Positions 1 through 9,700 of a DNA stretch of 64,000 bases are shown here, one piece after another. The DNA lies in the NCBI RefSeq assembly GCF_009914755.1, contig NC_060947.1; one strand, 5' to 3'. Every line of letters starts with the position of its first letter. Within the stretch, counting starts at the first letter, position 1. This DNA comes from the human T2T-CHM13v2.0 reference genome, Homo sapiens. The notes under the pieces are model-generated. The model ran no database searches, was not told the origin of the DNA, and saw only the letters and a program-made list of their open reading frames with translations. The translations under genes were made by a program, and so were the position numbers.

Positions 1-84
1 AAAGGCAGGTTCATCTCTGCGAGTTAAATGCATTCATCATGAAGAACTTTCTCAGCGTGTTTGTGTTTAGTTATGGGAAATTAT

Positions 85-101
85 TCCCGTTTCCAACGAA
101 A
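85..101 (-). promoter_or_regulatory. CENP-B box, intact (recurs every HOR)
   Basis: TCCCGTTTCCAACGAAA is the reverse complement of TTTCGTTGGAAACGGGA and matches the core NTTCGNNNNANNCGGGN. Confidence 0.92.
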
Positions 102-426
102 TCCTCAGAGAGCTCCAAATATCCACCTGCAGATTGTACCAAAAGTGTATTTGGAAACTGCTCCATGAAAAGGCATGTTCAGCTCTGTGAGTGAAACTCC
201 GTCATCACAAAGAATATTCTGAGAATGCTTCCGTTTGCCTTTTATATGAAGTTCCTTCCTATACTACCGTAGGCCTCAAAGCAGTCCAAATCTCCATTTG
301 CAGATTCTACAAAAAGAGTGATTCCAATCTGCTCTATCAATAGGATTGTTCAACTCCATGAGTTGAATGCCATCCTCACAAAGTAGTTTCTGAGAATGCT
401 TCTATGTAGTTTTTATGTGAAGATAT

Positions 427-443
427 TTCCTTTTCCACCACAG
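427..443 (-). other. pJalpha-like (A-type) box of an A monomer
   Basis: TTCCTTTTCCACCACAG sits at the box position and is close to the A-box consensus TTCCTTTTYCACCRTAG. Related A-type boxes lie at about 256, 1107, 1278 and 1632. Confidence 0.7.
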
Positions 444-597
444 GCCTCAAAGCCCTCCAAACGTCCACTTGCAGATTCTCGAAAAAGAGTGTTTCATAGC
501 TGCTCTTTCAAAAGGAAAGTTCAACTCTGGGAGTTGAATACAAACATCACAAAGTAGTTTCCGAGAATGCTTCTGTTTAGTTCTTATGTGAAGATGA

Positions 598-614
598 TCC
601 CGTTTCCAGTGAAA
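598..614 (-). other. Degenerate CENP-B box (B-type monomer)
   Basis: TCCCGTTTCCAGTGAAA: the core CGAA is TGAA. Confidence 0.8.
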
Positions 615-768
615 TCTTCAAAGAGGTCCACATATCCCCTTGCAGATTCCAAAGAAAGAGGGTTTCAAAACTGCTCCATCAAAAGGATTGTTCAACTCTG
701 TGAGTTGAATGCAGTCATCGCAGAAAACTTTCTGAGGATGCTTCTGTCTAGGTTTGATGTGAAGATAT

Positions 769-785
769 AGACGTTTCAAACGAAG
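769..785 (-). other. Degenerate CENP-B box (B-type monomer)
   Basis: AGACGTTTCAAACGAAG: the core CCCG is GACG. Confidence 0.8.
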
Positions 786-935
786 GCTACAATGTGGTCA
801 AAATATACACTTGCAGATTCTACTACAAGGGTGTTGCAAACCTCAACTATCAAAGGAAGGTTCAACTCTGTGAGATGAATGCAAACATCACAAAGAATGT
901 TCTGAGTTTGCTTCCGTTCAGTTATGGGAAGTTGA

Positions 936-952
936 TCCCGTTTCCAACGAAA
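936..952 (-). promoter_or_regulatory. CENP-B box, intact (recurs every HOR)
   Basis: TCCCGTTTCCAACGAAA; all nine core bases present. Confidence 0.92.
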
Positions 953-1445
953 TCCTCAGAGAGGTCCAAATATCCCCTTGCAGATTCTACAAAACGTGTG
1001 TTTGGAAACTGCTCCATCATAACGAATGTTCAGCTCTCTGAGTTAAACTCCATCGTCACAAAGAATTTTCTGAGAGTGCTACCGTCTACTTTTTATATGA
1101 AGTTCTTTCCTTTACTACCACAGGCCTCAAAGCGGTCCAAATCTCCACTTGCAGATTCTACAAAAAGAGTGTTTGCAAATTGCTCTATCAAAAGGAATGT
1201 TCAACTCTGGGAGTTGAATGCAATCATCACAGAGCAGTTTCTGAGAATGCTTCTATGTCGTTTTTAGGAGAAGATATTTCCTTTTCCAACACAGTCCTCC
1301 AAGCCCGCTAAATATCCACTTGCACATTGTAGAAAAAGTGTGTCGAAGCTGCGCTATCAAAGGGAAAGTTCAACTCTGTGAGGTGAATGCAAACATCCCA
1401 AAGAAGTTTCTGAGAATGCTTCCGTTTAGCTTTAAGTGAAGATTA

Positions 1446-1462
1446 TCCCGTTTCCAACGAAA
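1446..1462 (-). promoter_or_regulatory. CENP-B box, intact (recurs every HOR)
   Basis: TCCCGTTTCCAACGAAA; all nine core bases present. Confidence 0.92.
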
Positions 1463-1802
1463 TCTTCAAAGAGGTCCAAATATCCCCTTGCGGATCCCAC
1501 AGAAAGAGTGTTTCGAAACTGCTGTTTCAAAAGGAATCTTCAACTCTGTGAGTTGAATGCAATCATCACAAAGAAGTTTCTGACAATTCTTCTCTCTCGT
1601 CTTTCTGTGAAGATAAAGGAAAAGGCTTTCAGGCCATTTCCACCACAGGCCTGAAAGCGCTCCAAATGTCCACTTGCAGATTCTGCCAAAAGAATATTTC
1701 AAAACTGCTCTATGAAAAGCAATGTTAAACTCTGCGGCTCGAACACAAACATCACAAAGCAGTTTCTGAGAATGCTTCAGTTTAGTTTTTCTGTGGAAAT
1801 AT

Positions 1803-1819
1803 TCCCGTTTCCAAAGAAA
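1803..1819 (-). other. Degenerate CENP-B box (B-type monomer)
   Basis: TCCCGTTTCCAAAGAAA: the core CGAA is AGAA. Confidence 0.8.
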
Positions 1820-1973
1820 TCTTCAAAGAGGTCCACGCATCCACTTACAGATTCTACAAAAAGACAGTTTCAAAACTGCTCAATCAAAAGGAGGGTTCAA
1901 CTGTGTGACTTGAATGCATTCATCACTCAGAAGTTTCTGAGAACGCTTCTCTTTAGTTTTTACGTGAACATAT

Positions 1974-1990
1974 ACCCGTTTCGAACGAAG
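1974..1990 (-). promoter_or_regulatory. CENP-B box, intact core (recurs every HOR; polymorphic)
   Basis: ACCCGTTTCGAACGAAG keeps CCCG..T....CGAA. It is broken (CGAA>TGAA) in several copies, e.g. at 6099, 18437 and 24605. Confidence 0.85.
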
Positions 1991-3674
1991 GCCAGCCAGT
2001 GGTCCAAATATCCACTTGCAGATTCTACAGAAAGAGTGTTTTGAACCTGAACTCTCAAAGGCAGGTTCATCTCTGCGAGTTAAATGCATTCATCATGAAG
2101 AACTTTCTCAGCGTGTTTGTGTTTAGTTATGGGAAATTATTCCCGTTTCCAACGAAATCCTCAGAGAGCTCCAAATATCCACCTGCAGATTCTACCAAAA
2201 GTGTATTTGGAAACTGCTCCATGAAAAGGCATGTTCAGCTCTGTGAGTGAAACTCCGTCATCACAAAGAATATTCTGAGAATGCTTCCGTTTGCCTTTTA
2301 TATGAAGTTCCTTCCTATACTACCGTAGGCCTCAAAGCAGTCCAAATCTCCATTTGCAGATTCTACAAAAAGAGTGATTCCAATCTGCTCTATCAATAGG
2401 ATTGTTCAACTCCATGAGTTGAATGCCATCCTCACAAAGTAGTTTCTGAGAATGCTTCTATGTAGTTTTTATGTGAAGATATTTCCTTTTCCACCACAGG
2501 CCTCAAAGCCCTCCAAACGTCCACTTGCAGATTCTCGAAAAAGAGTGTTTCATAGCTGCTCTTTCAAAAGGAAAGTTCAACTCTGGGAGTTGAATACAAA
2601 CATCACAAAGTAGTTTCCGAGAATGCTTCTGTTTAGTTCTTATGTGAAGATGATCCCGTTTCCAGTGAAATCTTCAAAGAGGTCCACATATCCCCTTGCA
2701 GATTCCAAAGAAAGAGGGTTTCAAAACTGCTCCATCAAAAGGATTGTTCAACTCTGTGAGTTGAATGCAGTCATCGCAGAAAACTTTCTGAGAATGCTTC
2801 TGTCTAGGTTTGATGTGAAGATATAGACGTTTCAAATGAAGGCTACAAAGTGTTCAAAATATACACTTGCAGATTCTACTACAAGGGTGATGCAAACCTC
2901 AACTATCAAAGGAAAGTTCAACTCTGTGAGTTGAATACAAACATCACAAAGAATGTTCTGAGTTTGCTTCCGTTCAGTTATGGGAAGTTGATCCCGTTTC
3001 CTACGAAATCCTCAGAGAGGTCCAAATATCCCCTTGCAGATTCTACAAAACGTGTGTTTGGAAACTGCTCCATCATAACGAATGTTCAGCTCTCTGAGTT
3101 GAACTCCATCGTCACAAAGAATTTTCTGAGAGTGCTACCGTCTAGTTTTTATATGAAGTTCTTTCCTTTACTACCACAGGCCTCAAAGCGGTCCAAATCT
3201 CCACTTGCAGATTCTACAAAAAGAGTGTTTGCAAACTGCTCTATCAAAAGGAATGTTCAACTCTGGGAGTTGAATGCAATCATCACAGAGCAGTTTCTGA
3301 GAATGCTTCTATGTCGTTTTTAGGAGAAGATATTTCCTTTTCCAACACAGTCCTCCAAGCCCGCTAAATATCCACTTGCACATTGTAGAAAAAGTGTGTC
3401 GAAGCTGCGCTATCAAAGGGAAAGTTCAACTCTGTGAGGTGAATGCAAACATCCCAAAGAAGTTTCTGAGAATGCTTCCGTTTAGCTTTTAGGTGACGAT
3501 TATCCAGTTTCCAACGAAACCTTCAAAGAGATCCAAATATCCCCTTGCGGATCCCACAGAAAGAGTGTTTCGAAACTGCTGTTTCAAAAGGAATCTTCAA
3601 CTCTGTGAGTTGAATGCAATCATCACAAAGAAGTTTCTGACAATGCTTCTCTCTCGTCTTTCTGTGAAGATAAA

Positions 3675-3715
3675 GGAAAAGGCTTTCAGGCCTTTTCCAC
3701 CACAGGCCTGAAAGC
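3675..3715. repeat. Nested inverted repeats in the about 186-bp monomer (present once per HOR)
   Basis: GGAAAAGGC (3675-3683) pairs with GCCTTTTCC (3690-3698). GCTTTCAGGCCT (3682-3693) pairs with AGGCCTGAAAGC (3704-3715). Confidence 0.9.
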
Positions 3716-6700
3716 GCTCCAAATGTCCACTTGCAGATTCTGCCAAAAGAATATTTCAAAACTGCTCTATGAAAAGCAATGTTAAACTCTGTGACTCGAA
3801 CACAAACATCACAAAGCAGTTTCTGAGAATGCTTCAGTTTAGTTTTTCTGTGGAAATATTCCCGTTTCCAAAGAAATCTTCAAAGAGGTCCACGCATCCA
3901 CTTACAGATTCTACAAAAAGACAGTTTCAAAACTGCTCAATCAAAAGGAGGGTTCAACTGTGTGACTTGAATGCAATCATCACTCAGAAGTTTCTGAGAA
4001 CGCTTCTCTTTAGTTTTTACGTGAACATATACCCGTTTGGAATGAAGGCCAGCCAGTGGTCCAAATATCCACTTGAAGATTCCACAGAAAGAGTGTTTCG
4101 AACCTGAACTCTCAAAGGCAGGTTCATCTCTGCGAGTTAAATGCATTCATCATGAAGAACTTTCTCAGCGTGTTTGTGTTTAGTTATGGGAAATTATTCC
4201 CGTTTCCAAGGAAATCCTCAGAGAGCTCCAAATATCCACCTGCAGATTCTACCAAAAGTGTATTTGGAAACTGCTCCATGAAAAGGCATGTTCAGCTCTG
4301 TGAGTGAAACTCCGTCATCACAAAGAATATTCTGAGAATGCTTCCGTTTGCCTTTTATATGAAGTTCCTTCCTATACTACCGTAGGCCTCAAAGCAGTCC
4401 AAATCTCCATTTGCAGATTCTACAAAAAGAGTGATTCCAATCTGCTCTATCAATAGGATTGTTCAACTCCATGAGTTGAATGCCATCCTCACAAAGTAGT
4501 TTCTGAGAATGCTTCTATGTAGTTTTTATGTGAAGATATTTCCTTTTCCACCACAGGCCTCAAAGCCCTCCAAACGTCCACTTGCAGATTCTCGAAAAAG
4601 AGTGTTTCATAGCTGCTCTTTCAAAAGGAAAGTTCAACTCTGGGAGTTGAATACAAACATCACAAAGTAGTTTCCGAGAATGCTTCTGGTTAGTTCTTAT
4701 GTGAAGATGATCCCGTTTCCAGTGAAATCTTCAAAGAGGTCCACATATCCCCTTGCAGATTCCAAAGAAAGAGGGTTTCAAAACTGCTCCATCAAAAGGA
4801 TTGTTCAACTCTGTGAGTTGAATGCAGTCATCGCAGAAAACTTTCTGAGAATGCTTCTGTCTAGGTTTGAGGTGAAGATATAGACGTTTCAAACGAAGGC
4901 TACAAAGTGGTCAACATATACACTTGCAGATTCTACTACAAGGGTGTTGCAAACCTCAACTATCAAAGGAAGGTTCAACTCTGTGAGATGAATGCAAACA
5001 TCACAAAGAATGTTCTGAGTTTGCTTCCATTCAGTTATGGGAAGTTGATCCCGTTTCCAACGAAATCCTCAGAGAGGTCCAAATATCCCCTTGCAGATTC
5101 TACAAAACGTGTGTTTGGAAACTGCTCCATCATAACGAATGTTCAGCTCTCTGAGTTAAACTCCATCGTCACAAAGAATTTTCTGAGGGTGCTACATTCT
5201 AGTTTTTATATGAAGTTCTTTCCTTTACTACCACAGGCCTCAAAGTGGTCCAAATCTCCACTTGCAGATTCTACAAAAAGAGTGTTTGCAAACTGCTCTA
5301 TCAAAAGGAATGTTCAACTCTGGGAGTTGAATGCAATCATCACAGAGCAGTTTCTGAGAATGCTTCTATGTCGTTTTTAGGAGAAGATATTTCCTTTTCC
5401 AACACAGTCCTCCAAGCCCGCTAAATATCCACTTGCACATTGTAGAAAAAGTGTGTCGAAGCTGCGCTATCAAAGGGAAAGTTCAACTCTGTGAGGTGAA
5501 TGCAAACATCCCAAAGAAGTTTCTGAGAATGCTTCCGTTTAGCTTTAAGTGAAGATTATCCCGTTTCCAACGAAATCTTCAAAGAGGTCCAAATATCCCC
5601 TTGCGGATCCCACAGAAAGAGTGTTTCGAAACTGCTGTTTCAAAAGGAATCTTCAACTCTGTGAGTTGAATGCAATCATCACAAAGAAGTTTCTGACAAT
5701 GCTTCTCTCTCGTCTTTCTGTGAAGATAAAGGAAAAGGCTTTCAGGCCATTTCCACCACAGGCCTGAAAGCGCTCCAAATGTCCACTTGCAGATTCTGCC
5801 AAAAGAATATTTCAAAACTGCTCTATGAAAAGCAATGTTAAACTCTGCGGCTCGAACACAAACATCACAAAGCAGTTTCTGAGAATGCTTCAGTTTAGTT
5901 TTTCTGTGGAAATATTCCCGTTTCCAAAGAAATCTTCAAAGAGGTCCACGCATCCACTTACAGATTCTACAAAAAGACAGTTTAAAAACTGCTCAATCAA
6001 AAGGAGGGTTCAACTGTGTGACTTGAATGCATTCATCACTCAGAAGTTTCTGAGAACGCTTCTCTTTAGTTTTTACGTGAACATATACCCGTTTCGAATG
6101 AAGGCCAGCCAGTGGTCCAAATATCCACTTGCAGATTCTACAGAAAGAGTGTTTTGAACCTGAACTCTCAAAGGCAGGTTCATCTCTGCGAGTTAAATGC
6201 ATTCATCATGAAGAACTTTCTCAGCGTGTTTGTGTTTAGTTATGGGAAATTATTCCCGTTTCCAACGAAATCCTCAGAGAGCTCCAAATATCCACCTGCA
6301 GATTGTACCAAAAGTGTATTTGGAAACTGCTCCATGAAAAGGCATGTTCAGCTCTGTGAGTGAAACTCCGTCATCACAAAGAATATTCTGAGAATGCTTC
6401 CGTTTGCCTTTTATATGAAGTTCCTTCCTATACTACCGTAGGCCTCAAAGCAGTCCAAATCTCCATTTGCAGATTCTACAAAAAGAGTGATTCCAATCTG
6501 CTCTATCAATAGGATTGTTCAACTCCATGAGTTGAATGCCATCCTCACAAAGTAGTTTCTGAGAATGCTTCTATGTAGTTTTTATGTGAAGATATTTCCT
6601 TTTCCACCACAGGCCTCAAAGCCCTCCAAACGTCCACTTGCAGATTCCCGAAAAAGAGTGTTTCATAGCTGCTCTTTCAAAAGGAAAGTTCAACTCTGGG

Positions 6701-9700
6701 AGTTGAATACAAACATCACAAAGTAGTTTCCGAGAATGCTTCTGTTTAGTTCTTATGTGAAGATGATCCCGTTTCCAGTGAAATCTTCAAAGAGGTCCAC
6801 ATGTCCCCTTGCAGATTCCAAAAAAAGAGGGTTTCAAAACTGCTCCATCAAAAGGATTGTTCAACTCTGTGAGTTGAATGCAGTCATCGCAGAAAACTTT
6901 CTGAGAATGCTTCTGTCTAGGTTTGATGTGAAGATATAGACGTTTCAAACGAAGGCTACAAAGTGGTCAAAATATACACTTGCAGATTCTACTACAAGGG
7001 TGATGCAAACCTCAACTATCAAAGGAAGGTTCAACTCTGTGAGATGAATGCAAACATCACAAAGAATGTTCTGAGTTTGCTTCCGTTCAGTTATGGGAAG
7101 TTGATCCCGTTTCCAACGAAATCCTCAGAGAGGTCCAAATATCCCCTTGCAGATTCTACAAAACGTGTGTTTGGAAACTGCTCCATCATAACGAATGTTC
7201 AGCTCTCTGAGTTAAACTCCATCGTCACAAAGAATTTTCTGAGAGTGCTACCGTCTAGTTTTTATATGAAGTTCTTTCCTTTACTACCACAGGCCTCAAA
7301 GCGGTCCAAATCTCCACTTGCAGATTCTACAAAAAGAGTGTTTGCAAACTGCTCTATCAAAAGGAATGTTCAACTCTGGGAGTTGAATGCAATCATCACA
7401 GAGCAGTTTCTGAGAATGCTTCTATGTCGTTTTTAGGAGAAGATATTTCCTTTTCCAACACAGTCCTCCAAGCCCGCTAAATATCCACTTGCACATTGTA
7501 GAAAAAGTGTGTCGAAGCTGCGCTATCAAAGGGAAAGTTCAACTCTGTGAGGTGAATGCAAACATCCCAAAGAAGTTTCTGAGAATGCTTCCGTTTAGCT
7601 TTAAGTGAAGATTATCCCGTTTCCAACGAAATCTTCAAAGAGGTCCAAATATCCCCTTGCGGATCCCACAGAAAGAGTGTTTCGAAACTGCTGTTTCAAA
7701 AGGAATCTTCAACTCTGTGAGTTGAATGCAATCATCACAAAGAAGTTTCTGACAATGCTTCTCTCTCGTCTTTCTGTGAAGATAAAGGAAAAGGCTTTCA
7801 GGCCATTTCCACCACAGGCCTGAAAGCGCTCCAAATGTCCACTTGCAGATTCTGCCAAAAGAATATTTCAAAACTGCTCTATGAAAAGCAATGTTAAACT
7901 CTGCGGCTCGAACACAAACATCACAAAGCAGTTTCTGAGAATGCTTCAGTTTAGTTTTTCTGTGGAAATATTCCCGTTTCCAAAGAAATCTTCAAAGAGG
8001 TCCACGCATCCACTTACAGATTCTACAAAAAGACAGTTTCAAAACTGCTCAATCAAAAGGAGGGTTCAACTGTGTGACTTGAATGCATTCATCACTCAGA
8101 AGTTTCTGAGAACGCTTCTCTTTAGTTTTTACGTGAACATATACCCGTTTCGAACGAAGGCCAGCCAGTGGTCCAAATATCCACTTGCAGATTCTACAGA
8201 AAGAGTGTTTTGAACCTGAACTCTCAAAGGCAGGTTCATCTCTGCGAGTTAAATGCATTCATCATGAAGAACTTTCTCAGCGTGTTTGTGTTTAGTTATG
8301 GGAAATTATTCCCGTTTCCAACGAAATCCTCAGAGAGCTCCAAATATCCACCTGCAGATTGTACCAAAAGTGTATTTGGAAACTGCTCCATGAAAAGGCA
8401 TGTTCAGCTCTGTGAGTGAAACTCCGTCATCACAAAGAATATTCTGAGAATGCTTCCGTTTGCCTTTTATATGAAGTTCCTTCCTATACTACCGTAGGCC
8501 TCAAAGCAGTCCAAATCTCCATTTGCAGATTCTACAAAAAGAGTGATTCCAATCTGCTCTATCAATAGGATTGTTCAACTCCATGAGTTGAATGCCATCC
8601 TCACAAAGTAGTTTCTGAGAATGCTTCTATGTAGTTTTTAAGTGAAGATATTTCCTTTTCCACCACAGGCCTCAAAGCCCTCCAAACGTCCACTTGCAGA
8701 TTCCCGAAAAAGAGTGTTTCATAGCTGCTCTTTCAAAAGGAAAGTTCAACTCTGGGAGTTGAATACAAACATCACAAAGTAGTTTCCGAGAATGCTTCTG
8801 TTTAGTTCTTATGTGAAGATGATCCCGTTTCCAGTGAAATCTTCAAAGAGGTCCACATATCCCCTTGCAGATTCCAAAGAAAGAGGGTTTCAAAACTGCT
8901 CCATCAAAAGGATTGTTCAACTCTGTGAGTTGAATGCAGTCATCGCAGAAAACTTTCTGAGAATGCTTCTGTCTAGGTTTGATGTGAAGATATAGACGTT
9001 TCAAACGAAGGCTACAAAGTGGTCAAAATATACACTTGCAGATTCTACTACAAGGGTGTTGCAAACCTCAACTATCAAAGGAAGGTTCAACTCTGTGAGA
9101 CGAATGCAAACATCACAAAGAATGTTCTGAGTTTGCTTCCGTTCAGTTATGGGAAGTTGATCCCGTTTCCAACGAAATCCTCAGAGAGGTCCAAATATCC
9201 CCTTGCAGATTCTACAAAACGTGTGTTTGGAAACTGCTCCATCATAACGAATGTTCAGCTCTCTGAGTTAAACTCCATCGTCACAAAGAATTTTCTGAGA
9301 GTGCTACCGTCTACTTTTTATATGAAGTTCTTTCCTTTACTACCACAGGCCTCAAAGCGGTCCAAATCTCCACTTGCAGATTCTACAAAAAGAGTGTTTG
9401 CAAATTGCTCTATCAAAAGGAATGTTCAACTCTGGGAGTTGAATGCAATCATCACAGAGCAGTTTCTGAGAATGCTTCTATGTCGTTTTTAGGAGAAGAT
9501 ATTTCCTTTTCCAACACAGTCCTCCAAGCCCGCTAAATATCCACTTGCACATTGTAGAAAAAGTGTGTCGAAGCTGCGCTATCAAAGGGAAAGTTCAACT
9601 CTGTGAGGTGAATGCAAACATCCCAAAGAAGTTTCTGAGAATGCTTCCGTTTAGCTTTAAGTGAAGATTATCCCGTTTCCAACGAAATCTTCAAAGAGGT

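Larger units (their letters stand above)
1492..3548 (-). repeat. Representative single 12-mer HOR, BamHI site to BamHI site (2057 bp)
   Basis: GGATCC at 1492 and 3549. Box-to-box spacings across the first unit (85 to 2141) are 171,171,171,171,167,171,171,168,186,171,171,167 = 2056; the 168 becomes 169 in 2057-bp units. Cyclic minus-strand box order BBB-A-B-AA-BBB-AA fits W1W2W3W4W3W4W5W1W2W3W4W5 of the SF3 pentamer. Confidence 0.9.

Noticed and set aside
1625-1658. Hairpin as a transcription terminator or structured ncRNA gene
   Set aside because: There is no U-tract, promoter or gene context, and the DNA is eukaryotic satellite. It is retained only as a DNA dyad element.
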